A stretch of DNA of 64,000 nt from Marinomonas sp. GTDB lineage: Bacteria > Pseudomonadota > Gammaproteobacteria > Pseudomonadales > Marinomonadaceae. Location of the stretch: contig JBQEFB010000020.1 in assembly GCA_052107635.1 (NCBI GenBank), forward strand, positions 330-64,329. Reading direction: 5' to 3'. Positions within the stretch are counted from its first letter, which is position 1, and each line of letters opens with the position of its first letter. The position numbers were made by a program, and so were the translations under genes. Below the pieces are notes generated by a model, which worked only from the letters and a program-made list of their open reading frames with translations, had not been told where the DNA came from and did not search any database. Of this stretch, positions 41,106 through 51,289 are shown piece after piece.

Positions 41106-42437
41106 TTATGAGTGGCTTATCTCACTAGGTGAGATAGCAGGGATGGTATCACTACGTACTCGACTCGCAGGAAAGTGACAGGAGAAGGTACTGCCTCGAT
41201 TAGGATTACTGCGAATCTGTAGTTTTGCATCATGGTGCATCAAAACGTGTTTTGTTATTGCTAGCCCTAGTCCAGTTCCTCCCGTTTTCGAACTCCGTCC
41301 TTTGTCTACGCGAAAGAAGCGCTCTGTTAGTCTAGGTATGTATCTAGGGTCTATGCCAAGACCATTATCTTTTACTGAAAATACGCCGCTGAATTCACTA
41401 GACTCCCATTTTACTAAGATCTCACCACCATCTGGCGAATACTTTATGGCATTAACGACGAGGTTTGAAAACGCACTATACAGCTCTTTATAAGAACCGT
41501 AGAGACGTGCATTACTTGGTATATCAAAGGTAAGTTGGTGCTTTTCGGTCAGTATAGGTGAGGTGACTTTTTGAATAGCAGAAGTGAAACTAGTTACCGA
41601 ATACCATTGGTCTTCTTCTGTTTTTTCATTACTTTCAAGATGAGAAAGTAGTAATAGATCTTCAATTAAATGCTCCATACGCACAGATTGCTCTGACATA
41701 TTAGCAATGCCTTTCTGCATGCTTTTAGGCAGATTTTCTTGAAACATTTCCAAGGTTTCTAGGTAGCCTTTGATAACGGTGAGGGGTGTTTTTAACTCAT
41801 GAGAAGCATTGGCGACAAAGTCTTTTCGCATCTGCTCTAGTAAATGAAGTCGTGTCACATCTCTAATAAAAATCAGGTGATCATTTTTATCATAGAGCGT
41901 GGTTTGTATCTCTAAATACACACCCTCTTTAGCTGGCGATTTAATGATCAGGGGTTCGCCAAACCGCTTTTGTGTGAAATAGCGAAAAAATTCTGGATTA
42001 CGGACGATATTTGTTATCGTTTGACCTCGATCGACAGGGCGCATCAAGCCAAAGAAATGGGCGGCTGAATTATTCCACCATTCTAAATTTCCTTCACTGT
42101 CCGCCATGAGAACGCCTTCTTTTAAGGCCGCAGTAGAGCTCTCGATACGGGTTAATGCTTGTTGCATACGACGTTTAGATTTTCGTTGTTTCTTTTGTAA
42201 ACGATAGACGGCATCAAATATATCACCCCAAATACCAGAAGCTTCCGGTGGCGGTGCTTTACCGGAGTAACGTAACCAATTGTGGAATTGATAGAGTTGA
42301 TAAAGCTGGTGGTAAAGAGAGCCCAATAGATAAATGAAAGCAACCAAAAGAGGATGCTTAATAATAAAGCCAATCACGACGCACGCCCCCAGCCCTAATA
42401 GCCAGCGGGTAATAGATTGTCGCCAAATGGTCTTCAT
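41106..42437 (-). CDS. phoR: Phosphate regulon sensor histidine kinase PhoR
   Basis: 443 aa with N-terminal TM segments, a PAS domain, H-box ASHELKTPLTVIKGY and an HATPase domain. Immediately downstream of phoB. Confidence 0.88.
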   Translation of the reverse strand: MKTIWRQSITRWLLGLGACVVIGFIIKHPLLVAFIYLLGSLYHQLYQLYQFHNWLRYSGKAPPPEASGIWGDIFDAVYRLQKKQRKSKRRMQQALTRIESSTAALKEGVLMADSEGNLEWWNNSAAHFFGLMRPVDRGQTITNIVRNPEFFRYFTQKRFGEPLIIKSPAKEGVYLEIQTTLYDKNDHLIFIRDVTRLHLLEQMRKDFVANASHELKTPLTVIKGYLETLEMFQENLPKSMQKGIANMSEQSVRMEHLIEDLLLLSHLESNEKTEEDQWYSVTSFTSAIQKVTSPILTEKHQLTFDIPSNARLYGSYKELYSAFSNLVVNAIKYSPDGGEILVKWESSEFSGVFSVKDNGLGIDPRYIPRLTERFFRVDKGRSSKTGGTGLGLAITKHVLMHHDAKLQIRSNPNRGSTFSCHFPASRVRSDTIPAISPSEISHS

Positions 42438-42441
42438 AATA

Positions 42442-43167
42442 TTACGCCGTCCGTTTAGCAGAAAAGCGGTAGCCTGTGCCTCGAACCGTTTGAATCAACG
42501 AGTCGTGGTCTGTTCCAATCGCTTTGCGTAAGCGACGAATATGAACATCAACGGTTCTTTCTTCAACATACACATTCCCACCCCAAACTTGGTCAAGTAG
42601 CTGTGCTCGTGAATACGCACGCTCTTGATGTGTCATAAGGAATTTTAGTAGGCGATATTCGGTTGGCCCCATTTCTAATGGCCGCTCGCCGATGGTCACG
42701 CGTTGGCTAATGGGATCAAGCGTTAAACCATCAATTTCAATAGGCTCATCAATACCTTGTGGAGTAGCTCGGCGTAATACCGCCTTGAGGCGTGCTACTA
42801 GTTCACGAGGTGAGAAAGGTTTAGTTATGTAGTCATCTGCACCGACTTCTAAGCCTTGAATTTTATTGTCTTCTTCACTTTTGGCCGTTAGTAAAATAAC
42901 AGGGATTTCTGCTGTCGTGCTGTCTTTCTTTAAGCGACGAGTTAGCTCGATGCCACTCCCTCCTGGCATCATCCAATCACATAAGATTAAGTCAGGTCTA
43001 TGGTCCACGATAATTTCGTGGGCTTGTTGGCTATTTTCAGCTTCCATGTATTCGTAGCCAGCCATTTCTAGAGCCACAGCGATCATTTCGCGAATGGAAG
43101 ATTCGTCATCAATAATTAATACTTTTTTACCGGTCACAGGATTCACCCTCATCTCAGGAACGGTCAC
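42442..43167 (-). CDS. phoB: Phosphate regulon response regulator PhoB (OmpR family)
   Basis: REC plus winged-helix domains (..RTVDVHIRRLRK.., ..IQTVRGTGYRF). Start is either GTG 43167 or ATG 43152. Confidence 0.88.
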   Translation of the reverse strand: MTVPEMRVNPVTGKKVLIIDDESSIREMIAVALEMAGYEYMEAENSQQAHEIIVDHRPDLILCDWMMPGGSGIELTRRLKKDSTTAEIPVILLTAKSEEDNKIQGLEVGADDYITKPFSPRELVARLKAVLRRATPQGIDEPIEIDGLTLDPISQRVTIGERPLEMGPTEYRLLKFLMTHQERAYSRAQLLDQVWGGNVYVEERTVDVHIRRLRKAIGTDHDSLIQTVRGTGYRFSAKRTA

Positions 43168-43221
43168 ATTTAATCGTCTATATGTGACAATTAGATTACA
43201 TTGTCATATTTTTGCCATATT

Positions 43222-44076
43222 TTAAACTAAATAGTTAAGAGTGAGACCAATAAAGATGCAGTAACCTACTCGATTGTTATCTAAGAATGCATGAAAACAA
43301 GGAAGGCGCTCTCTATTTTTCGCTTTATTGAGTTGCAAGAAAAAGAGTATAACGGTCACTAAAATCGATAAAAAGTAAGGCCAATGCAACTGTGCTAGTA
43401 CGCCGATCCAAATTAGTAAAGACACCATGATAGCTTGTAGACAGGTAATAATAAGAAGGTCGTATTGGCCAAATAAAACGGCAGTAGATTTGACGCCAAT
43501 TTTTAAGTCATCTGGTCGATCTGTGATTGCGTAATAAGTATCGTAGGCGATGGTCCATAAGCAGTTAGCTAAAAATAGCATCCATAGTTGAGGGTCGAGT
43601 AAATCGCCTCCTTGGGCGCTGTACGCCATAGGAATGGCCCAAGAGAATGCTAATCCTAGAAATAACTGTGGTAGGTGAGTATAGCGTTTCATAAAAGGAT
43701 ATAAGGCAGCTAAACCTAAACCGATAAAAGACAATAAAATAGTATGCAGGTCCGTGAATAGAACGAGTAAAAAGCTAAGCAATACTAACGCTGAAAATAA
43801 TCCTAATGCTTCTTTTTCAGAAACTCGACCAGAAGGCAGCGGTCGATTTTTAGTACGCTCAACATGACCATCTATTTTACGGTCGGCATAGTCATTTATG
43901 ACACAGCCTGCAGAGCGCATACTAAAGACGCCTAAGATGAAAATAATAACCAGATGCCATTGCGGCCAACCATCGGCAGCAAGCCACAGTGCCCATAACG
44001 TTGGCCACATTAATAATAAAGAACCAATAGGGCGGTTAAAACGAGTCAGGTCGGCATAATCGTGTAGTTTGTTCAT
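43222..44076 (-). CDS. ubiA: 4-hydroxybenzoate polyprenyltransferase UbiA
   Basis: 284 aa, polytopic. The NDYADRKIDGHVERTKNRPL prenyltransferase motif. Confidence 0.92.
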   Translation of the reverse strand: MNKLHDYADLTRFNRPIGSLLLMWPTLWALWLAADGWPQWHLVIIFILGVFSMRSAGCVINDYADRKIDGHVERTKNRPLPSGRVSEKEALGLFSALVLLSFLLVLFTDLHTILLSFIGLGLAALYPFMKRYTHLPQLFLGLAFSWAIPMAYSAQGGDLLDPQLWMLFLANCLWTIAYDTYYAITDRPDDLKIGVKSTAVLFGQYDLLIITCLQAIMVSLLIWIGVLAQLHWPYFLSILVTVILFFLQLNKAKNRERLPCFHAFLDNNRVGYCIFIGLTLNYLV

Positions 44077-44630
44077 AGTGGTCCAATCAAAGGTTGTAGG
44101 CCGGGAATTGTGTCAAAAAATGCTTCGCTTACCAGTATTCCTGGCCCATATTGTTGAAAAACAGAGCGTCTGGCCCAGACTTTTTTATTTACGCCAGGAA
44201 ACAAGCTAGCAGGAAGTTCAGTAATTTCTATAGCGCTTCGAGACAGGCAACGATGACGAAATAGATAGCCGCCGAGTGGCTTTTCTTTCAATTGGCAGAC
44301 GCGACGCCAATGCCCTTTTAAGGATTGTGCGGGAATAATTGAGCGCCCATAAATAACAATTTCATTATTAAACTTTAGCAGTACGGTGCGAATACGCACG
44401 GCATGTCGAGAGGCTAACCCTAGTTTTTTCCTTTCTCTTTGAGTAGGTTTCCCCCAGCCATCTTCTAGTACCACAACACTTAATTCACCATATTGTCGTA
44501 GTTTTTTGGTTAAAGATGCAGAAGTGGATAACCATGGCCAAAGTCCAGAAGGTATTTTTGTCTTGTTTACCTGGTGAATAGGATGCCAACGATAAGCTAA
44601 TTTTTGGGCGATAGTGTGGTCAATATACAT
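44073..44630 (-). CDS. ubiC: Chorismate pyruvate-lyase UbiC
   Basis: 185 aa, with a 4-nt overlap with ubiA. Size and position are typical of ubiC. The family call rests mainly on context. Confidence 0.7.
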   Translation of the reverse strand: MYIDHTIAQKLAYRWHPIHQVNKTKIPSGLWPWLSTSASLTKKLRQYGELSVVVLEDGWGKPTQRERKKLGLASRHAVRIRTVLLKFNNEIVIYGRSIIPAQSLKGHWRRVCQLKEKPLGGYLFRHRCLSRSAIEITELPASLFPGVNKKVWARRSVFQQYGPGILVSEAFFDTIPGLQPLIGPL

Positions 44631-44638
44631 GATAAGGC

Positions 44639-45910
44639 TTAGTGCATTTTACCGTTAATTAGAGAAACCATTTTATAAAGCTCAGCAGAAGACTGTTGTA
44701 CCTTAGAGCGACAAGCTTCGGCTTGCTCTAATGAAAGTCCTATATCTTCTAATACAAAAGGATCAATAGGGCTGTGTTTGTTCAGTTGATGGGTAATATA
44801 CAACAGATGAGCTAATTTTTCGTGTTCACCTGTGTAGTTCGGCGTTTTGCTATAGCGAATGGCGGTGCAAATATTGTCAGGAAGATCCCAATGTCTAAGC
44901 AACCATGAACCAATTTGTTCTTTCGTAAAATGTAAAATCTGCATTTCAATAAGCGAAGAATCTAGATGCGCATTGGCCTCATAGTATTTTGATAAAATAG
45001 AAAAATGCGGCGGCATTATGGTGTTAATAGCCAAGTAGCCGAAGTTATGCAGTAAGCCTGCAAGATAAGCATGACCACTAGTTAAGTGATAAGAGGAAGG
45101 TAATTCTTTAACCAAGGCTTCCATTAAGGCTGCATGGGATACTGCACTTAGCCAGAAGTTTTCATAATGACGAGGACCTTCTTCGGGTGGTAAAAAAGCG
45201 CAGCCCATAGAAAGACCTAGTGCTAAATTCATTACCATATCATAGCCAAGCACACGAATAATTGCGTCTTCAACGGATTTAATACTCCCTTTAGCGCCAT
45301 AATAGGGGGAGGAAGCCCAACTAATCACTTGGGCTGCTAAGCTAGGGTCTAAACGGATGACATCACATAACTCATCCATATTGGAGGTTTTATTTGAGCA
45401 TAATCGGATGATGTGTTGAGAAATTGTAGGCAATGGTGGAATTTCTAATGTTTCTGCTAGGCGCTGTTTAAGTCGAACGGATTGAAATTTACCCAGTGCT
45501 TCAAGCATTTGCTGTTCGTCATTAAGCACATGACTTGATGGTTCTTTAATGCTAGCGGTATTAACAGAAATTGATTCAAAGCGGCACAAAGGCCCTGAAA
45601 AACGATTTCGTAAGTCATTAGGTGACAGAGGATAGTAATGACTTTTTTCATTATTACGTACTTTGATCGCAGGTTCTTCAAGCAGACTTTTTTCGATAAT
45701 GGTAATACAACTACTGGCTTTTAGTAGAGGATCGCCTCCGACATTATAATTGGCGATGGGTTCAAAGCGACGTTTTGTAAGGCGTGAGATAGCAGCGATA
45801 TCGAGCATGTGATCTTCAGGAAAGATAGCTTGTAAACGGCCAGAGTGGTCTGCTAAATGAACAATTCGTACTTTCTTTGTATCGGCTAGGTCCGTTGCGC
45901 TGGATGTCAT
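44639..45910 (-). CDS. HDOD-domain signalling protein with an N-terminal YbaK/deacylase-like domain
   Basis: HDOD core ..LPPLPTISQHIIRLCSNKTSNMDELCDVIRLDPSLAAQVISWASSPYYG...VEDAIIRVLGYDMVMNLALGLS... The N-terminal about 150 aa is assigned only tentatively. Confidence 0.65.
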   Translation of the reverse strand: MTSSATDLADTKKVRIVHLADHSGRLQAIFPEDHMLDIAAISRLTKRRFEPIANYNVGGDPLLKASSCITIIEKSLLEEPAIKVRNNEKSHYYPLSPNDLRNRFSGPLCRFESISVNTASIKEPSSHVLNDEQQMLEALGKFQSVRLKQRLAETLEIPPLPTISQHIIRLCSNKTSNMDELCDVIRLDPSLAAQVISWASSPYYGAKGSIKSVEDAIIRVLGYDMVMNLALGLSMGCAFLPPEEGPRHYENFWLSAVSHAALMEALVKELPSSYHLTSGHAYLAGLLHNFGYLAINTIMPPHFSILSKYYEANAHLDSSLIEMQILHFTKEQIGSWLLRHWDLPDNICTAIRYSKTPNYTGEHEKLAHLLYITHQLNKHSPIDPFVLEDIGLSLEQAEACRSKVQQSSAELYKMVSLINGKMH

Positions 45911-45945
45911 AAATCAAACTCAGATTAAATGGTCGCTCTAAAACG

Positions 45946-45972
45946 AAAAAGCCCCTAAAAAAGGGGCTTTTT
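45946..45972. terminator. Bidirectional rho-independent terminator (after aapP)
   Basis: AAAAAGCCCCT-AAAAA-AGGGGCTTTTT. Confidence 0.8.
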
Positions 45973-45993
45973 AATATAACAGTTTTTACTTGG

Positions 45994-46773
45994 TTAGTGA
46001 TTCAAAATCTGACTTAAGAAGTTCTGGGTACGATCATGTTGAGGGTTGTCAAAGAAGGCATGAGGTTCATTTGCTTCAACGATTTCTCCAGCATCCATAA
46101 ACACAACACGATCCGCAACCGTTTTAGCAAAGCCCATTTCATGAGTGACACACACCATTGTCATTCCTTCTTCCGCTAATTGAATCATGGTGTCGAGAAC
46201 TTCTTTGATCATCTCAGGATCAAGTGCAGAAGTAGGCTCGTCAAATAACATGATGCGAGGCTGCATACATAAGCCTCTGGCAATGGCCACTCGCTGTTGC
46301 TGACCTCCTGATAGTTGTCCTGGATATTTTAGTGCCTGATTGGCTATCTTTACTCGTTCTAAGTAATGCATTGCCATTTCTTCGGCTTCTTTTTTAGGTG
46401 TTTTTCGTACCCAAATAGGTGCCAATGTTAAATTTTCTAGAATGGTTAAATGCGGGAATAAATTGAAATGCTGGAATACCATACCGACGTCTTTACGAAT
46501 GGTTTCAATGTTTTTCAAATTATTATTCATCTCTATTCCATCTACTAGAATAGATCCTTTCTGGTGTTCTTCTAGACGGTTAATACAGCGGATCATAGTT
46601 GATTTACCTGATCCAGAAGGACCACATACAACAATGCGTTCACCTTTCTTGATACTAAAGTTAATATTTTTTAATACATGAAAATCGCCATACCATTTAT
46701 TAACGTCGTTAAACTCAATTATTGTCGATTCGCCCGATGCTAGTTGAGCGCGTGCCATATTTGTATTTGTCAT
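45994..46773 (-). CDS. aapP: General L-amino-acid ABC transporter, ATP-binding protein
   Basis: Walker [10 protein letters not shown], signature [13 protein letters not shown] and Walker [16 protein letters not shown] family. Confidence 0.85.
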   Translation of the reverse strand: MTNTNMARAQLASGESTIIEFNDVNKWYGDFHVLKNINFSIKKGERIVVCGPSGSGKSTMIRCINRLEEHQKGSILVDGIEMNNNLKNIETIRKDVGMVFQHFNLFPHLTILENLTLAPIWVRKTPKKEAEEMAMHYLERVKIANQALKYPGQLSGGQQQRVAIARGLCMQPRIMLFDEPTSALDPEMIKEVLDTMIQLAEEGMTMVCVTHEMGFAKTVADRVVFMDAGEIVEANEPHAFFDNPQHDRTQNFLSQILNH

Positions 46774-46795
46774 TGTAAAGCCCTCAAATTCTTAA

Positions 46796-47896
46796 CTAAT
46801 TCCGCTTGTGTCCGGTTTCTAATTTGCGCTCGATTGCCATACTGTAACGAGACATGCCAAAGCAGAAAGCCCAGTAAATAAAGGCGGCGAAAACATACCC
46901 CTCAATCGTAGTTCCTAACCATTTAGTATCGTGATTTGCGAGCTGAATAATGCCCAATAAATCAAACATACCAACAATATAAACCAAGGTAGTATCTTTA
47001 AATAAGCCGATAAAGGTATTCACAATACCTGGAATAACCAATTTTAGTGCTTGCGGTAAAACCACTAAAATCATCGACTTCCAGTAGGTAAGCCCCATGG
47101 CATCGGCTGCTTCGTATTGGCCTTTTGGAATCGCCTGTAATCCCCCTCGAATGACTTCCGCCATATACGCTGCCGAGAATAAAGTAATGCCGATTAGGAC
47201 TCGTAATAGTTTATTAAAGTTTAGGCCATCAGGTAGAAACAACGGGATCATGACCGACGCCATAAACATAATAGTAATTAATGGTACGGCACGAATCGTT
47301 TCGATAAAGATAATGCAGATGGATTTAGCAATAGGCATGTTAGAGCGACGACCTAACGCAAGCAAAATACCAAGAGGAAAAGAGGCGACGATGCCGATCG
47401 TACCCAATAATACCGTTAGGAATAGGCCTCCCCATCGAGAGGTTTCAACAGGCTCTAAGCCAAACACACCACCAGCAAACAAGAAGTAAGCGATGATCGG
47501 ATAAATTAGAGTAATGGTGATGGATAGATACAGCTTGTGAACTATTTTGATGGAAAACATACCAACCAATAATACGATTAAAATGGCTGCTAAGTTAATT
47601 CTCCACGTTTCTTCACTCGGATAAAGCCCATACATAAATTGATCAAAACGAGTATTTATGAAAGCCCAGCACGCACCACTAGCGGTACAATCTGCTTTAG
47701 ATGCTCCAGTCCATGTTGCATTTATAATACCCCATTCTACTAATGGAGGAATCGTAAGGTACATTATGTACAAGCTGAATAGGGTTAACATAATATTCAG
47801 GGGAGAAGACAGTAAATTTTGACGAATCCAAGCAACTGGTCCAACCGATGTAGATGGTGGTGGGAGGCTTGGTGAAGGTTTAAATATGATAGCCAT
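46796..47896 (-). CDS. aapM: General L-amino-acid ABC transporter permease
   Basis: 366-aa polytopic protein with a HisM/GlnP-type EAA loop (AAYMAEVIRGGLQAIPKGQYEAADAMGL). Confidence 0.75.
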   Translation of the reverse strand: MAIIFKPSPSLPPPSTSVGPVAWIRQNLLSSPLNIMLTLFSLYIMYLTIPPLVEWGIINATWTGASKADCTASGACWAFINTRFDQFMYGLYPSEETWRINLAAILIVLLVGMFSIKIVHKLYLSITITLIYPIIAYFLFAGGVFGLEPVETSRWGGLFLTVLLGTIGIVASFPLGILLALGRRSNMPIAKSICIIFIETIRAVPLITIMFMASVMIPLFLPDGLNFNKLLRVLIGITLFSAAYMAEVIRGGLQAIPKGQYEAADAMGLTYWKSMILVVLPQALKLVIPGIVNTFIGLFKDTTLVYIVGMFDLLGIIQLANHDTKWLGTTIEGYVFAAFIYWAFCFGMSRYSMAIERKLETGHKRN

Positions 47897-47905
47897 GTTT
47901 ACCTC

Positions 47906-49081
47906 CTAGCGTTCGATGAGTGACATTTTTTTGTTATACCAGTTCATAAACAATGAGATAGATAGGCTCAAAGTTCCATATACCAACATACAGAGACCAA
48001 TGGTTTCAATCGCTTGACCTGTTTGGTTCAGCGTTGTTCCCATCACGACAGCGACAAGCTCAGGGTAAGCAATTGCAGCACCTAAAGAAGAGTTTTTTGC
48101 CAAGTTTAAATATTGACTCGTTAACGGTGGGATCATGACTCGTAGCGCTTGCGGGAGAACAACTAATCGTTGTGTGATGCTATCACTAAGGCCTAATGAG
48201 CGAGCCGCTTCTGTTTGCCCCCAGTTTACGGATAAAATCCCCGCTCTTACGATCTCTGCAATAAAAGAAGCCGTATAAGTAGAGAGCGCAATGAGCACGG
48301 CAACAAATTCAGGGGGAAGGACCATGCCACCAGTTACGTTAAAGCGACTTTTTTGTGGCAGGTCAAACTCTAAAGGAAAACCTGTAAGAGCAAACACCAA
48401 TAGAGTGACTGCGACAATTATACCAAACGCTGACCAGTAGGCAGGAAACCAAAGCCCCGTTCTAGTCTGACGTTTTTTCGCCCATACAACGAGTGTGATA
48501 GCGGCAAAAATAGACAGAATAAAGCCGATAACAACGATTCCAAATCCATCTTGAGTAATTGGATTCGGCGAGTAAATTCCACGTTTGTTGAGGAGGAAGT
48601 CAGCAAACTCGTAACTTTTTCTTGGGCTAGGTAGCGCGGCTAATACGGCAAAGTACCAGAAAAACATTTGCAGTAATAATGGGATATTTCGTAGGGTTTC
48701 TATATAAACCGTTGCCAATCGTGCGACTAACCAGTTGTTGGATAAACGAGCCAGCCCCATAATGACGCCAATTATGGTCGCAAAAATAATACCAAGAAGA
48801 GAGATTACAAAGGTATTGATTAAAGCAACAAGGAATGCGCGTCCGTAGGTATCGGCTTCGGTATAACTAATAAGGTGAATAAGAATAGGAAAACCAGCGG
48901 GCTCATTTAAAAAAGAGAACCCAGTTGAAATTCCGCGATTGTCTAAATTGGCTTGTAAATTACTAAATAAGTAGTAACAAACGAAGGTTACTAGTGCTAA
49001 AAGTAAAATTTGGAAGATGATGGAGCGCGTTCCAGCATCGTATAAAAAGCTTTTTTTATCAGGTTTATTAATATCGCTCAT
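47906..49081 (-). CDS. aapQ: General L-amino-acid ABC transporter permease
   Basis: 391-aa polytopic protein with an EAA loop (ASFIAEIVRAGILSVNWGQTEAARSLGL). Confidence 0.75.
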   Translation of the reverse strand: MSDINKPDKKSFLYDAGTRSIIFQILLLALVTFVCYYLFSNLQANLDNRGISTGFSFLNEPAGFPILIHLISYTEADTYGRAFLVALINTFVISLLGIIFATIIGVIMGLARLSNNWLVARLATVYIETLRNIPLLLQMFFWYFAVLAALPSPRKSYEFADFLLNKRGIYSPNPITQDGFGIVVIGFILSIFAAITLVVWAKKRQTRTGLWFPAYWSAFGIIVAVTLLVFALTGFPLEFDLPQKSRFNVTGGMVLPPEFVAVLIALSTYTASFIAEIVRAGILSVNWGQTEAARSLGLSDSITQRLVVLPQALRVMIPPLTSQYLNLAKNSSLGAAIAYPELVAVVMGTTLNQTGQAIETIGLCMLVYGTLSLSISLFMNWYNKKMSLIER

Positions 49082-49172
49082 CTTGGCCCAGGCAAACTGC
49101 TCGTCAGGTGGATAAGAAAGGAAAACCCCTTGTTGCAGCTAGGCTACAAGGGGGTAACCAAGAGTCACTGTA

Positions 49173-50195
49173 TTAGCGAACTGGTGGTGCATACATTATG
49201 CCGCCATCGTTCCATAGTTTGTTAAGACCACGAGGAAGGTTTAGAGGGGAGTCTTTACCTACATTTCGATCGAACTCTTCGCCATAGTTACCAACTTGAG
49301 CGATCACGTTGTAAGCCCAATCAGCATTGAGCCCTAAATCTTTACCCATATTACCTTCTGCGCCTAATAGACGACGAATAGCTGGGTCTTTCGCTTCTGC
49401 TTTGATTTTGGCTACATTTTTAGAAGTAATACCCATTTCTTCAGCGTTAATTTGGACATACATGACCCATGTAACCAAATCTTTCCATGAATTATCTCCA
49501 TGACGAACAACTGGGCCTAGTGGTTCTTTTGAAATTGTTTCTGGAAGAATGATGTGGTTGCTAGCGTTTTTAAGTTTAGTACGTTGTGCAGCCAAACCTG
49601 ATTTATCGGTCGTATAGACATCACAACGGCCAGACACGTAAGCTGCGACAGCTTCGTCTGCCTTTTGAACAATAACTGGGACGTAAGACATTTTGTGTTT
49701 ACGGAAGAAGTCAGCCATGTTTAATTCGGTGGTGGTGCCTTGCTCGGTACAAACGGTTGCGCCATCAAGATCTAATGCTGAGGTTACCCCCAGATCTTTT
49801 TGCACCATAAAGCCTTGCCCGTCATAGAAGTTAATCGATGTGAAATCAAGACCTAGGGATACATCACGACTATAAGTCCATGTTGTATTACGAGAAAGAA
49901 TATCAATTTCACCAGATTGTAGTGCGGTGAAACGTTCTTTCGCAGAAAGAGGGGTGAATTTTACTTTTTGAGGGTCATTGAAAATAGCCGCAGCAACGGC
50001 GCGACAAACATCAACATCGATCCCTGTCCAATTTCCTTTATCATCTGCGTTTGAGAACCCTGGTACGCCGCCACTCACTCCGCATTGTACAAAGCCTTTT
50101 GATTTTACGTCATCTAATGTGCCTGCTGCTGCACCTGTACTAATTACTGCTGTAATAGCTGCGGTTGAGAGTAATTTATAAACGTTTGATTTCAT
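49173..50195 (-). CDS. aapJ: General L-amino-acid ABC transporter periplasmic binding protein
   Basis: 340 aa with a signal peptide. SBP family 3 pattern (GFVQCGVS..PGFS, DILSRNTTWT). First gene of the aapJQMP-like operon. Confidence 0.75.
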   Translation of the reverse strand: MKSNVYKLLSTAAITAVISTGAAAGTLDDVKSKGFVQCGVSGGVPGFSNADDKGNWTGIDVDVCRAVAAAIFNDPQKVKFTPLSAKERFTALQSGEIDILSRNTTWTYSRDVSLGLDFTSINFYDGQGFMVQKDLGVTSALDLDGATVCTEQGTTTELNMADFFRKHKMSYVPVIVQKADEAVAAYVSGRCDVYTTDKSGLAAQRTKLKNASNHIILPETISKEPLGPVVRHGDNSWKDLVTWVMYVQINAEEMGITSKNVAKIKAEAKDPAIRRLLGAEGNMGKDLGLNADWAYNVIAQVGNYGEEFDRNVGKDSPLNLPRGLNKLWNDGGIMYAPPVR

Positions 50196-50739
50196 TGATT
50201 TCGCCTCCCAGGCATTCCTTTTGAGTATGTTGTTCTTTTAATTGTTATCCGTTTTGACCTTCTGTAAAGCAAAGCAAAATCATTGCCAACAATCTAAAAA
50301 CTCGCTTTATTTACATTCCATTAGTGCAAAAAATCCTTTTAAAAAAGAATCAAATTGCTGCTAATAGAATGACTGTTTGTGACGTCTAGTCAAGGATAAA
50401 GTGGCAATATTGTGATCTATAGTGCTTATTTTTTGCTAATTAAGGCTTGTAAAATGAAAGGCTATATCAAAGATACAGTGGCGTTAACGCCTGTTGTTAA
50501 GGTAAATATTTAATAGGTAGCAGGGTATTTATCACCATCAAAATAGCGAGAAACGTGTCTTTGTAAAAAGGTAAAAATCGAAGTAAAGTATTTATCAATG
50601 GTTTTTGTGCTGTATTGGTGCGTTATCTTGTGATGCTCCTATAATGCGCATAGAGATATTCTAAAAAGCGCTTCCCATAATCTCTTATCTACATGATAGT
50701 ATTACTTATACTTTGTGTGATTAAGGAGTCCCATGTCGA

Positions 50740-51216
50740 ATGGAAAGCCCAACTAAACCGCTCGATCGCTTAGATAAAAAAATTCTAAGGGAGCTGCAAG
50801 TTAACGGTCGTTTATCTAACGTCGAATTAGCCAGTCGTGTGGGTTTGAGTGCGACACCTTGTTTAGAGCGAGTACGGCGCTTAGAAAGAAATGGTTATAT
50901 CACGGGATATTGTGCATTGGTTGACCCTAAAAAGGTGGATGCAGGGTTACTGGTGTTTGTAGAGATTCGTTTGAAAACCACCTCTCCAGAAGGTTTTAAT
51001 GAATTTAAGAGCGCAGTAACAGAAATTCCTGAGATTTTAGAGTGTCATTTGATTGCAGGTGATTTTGAGTACTTATTAAAAGCTCGAGTTTCTAATATGG
51101 ATTCTTACCGGCACTTATTAGGTGAAACGTTACTCACATTACCTCATGTGCGAGAATCTCGAACCTATGTAGCGATGGAAGAAGTGAAAAATACGACGGT
51201 TGTTAGTATTCCCTAG
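50740..51216 (+). CDS. lrp: Leucine-responsive regulatory protein (Lrp/AsnC family)
   Basis: LDRLDKKILRELQVNGRLSNVELASRVGLSATPCLERVRRLERNGYI plus a RAM domain. 158 aa. Confidence 0.85.
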   Translation: MESPTKPLDRLDKKILRELQVNGRLSNVELASRVGLSATPCLERVRRLERNGYITGYCALVDPKKVDAGLLVFVEIRLKTTSPEGFNEFKSAVTEIPEILECHLIAGDFEYLLKARVSNMDSYRHLLGETLLTLPHVRESRTYVAMEEVKNTTVVSIP

Positions 51217-51289
51217 AGTTATTATATCGTTAGCAGTAAGTAAGGTAGTTGGACGGACTCAATGCCTTTTCTTCTTCGCGAGTCAGGTG

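Noticed and set aside
47097-47489. 130-aa plus-strand ORF inside aapM. Many similar 60-130-aa ORFs lie antisense or out of frame to well-supported genes, for example 48..368, 855..1145, 2658..2876, 4413..4634, 8125..8334, 18239..18628, 27904..28203, 30159..30401, 32530..32781, 38802..39059, 62246..62533, 62588..62899 and 63708..63983.
   Set aside because: All lie entirely within strongly supported conserved genes. They have low-complexity or Arg/Ser/Pro-rich shadow-frame composition and no SD or family resemblance, so they are typical shadow ORFs.
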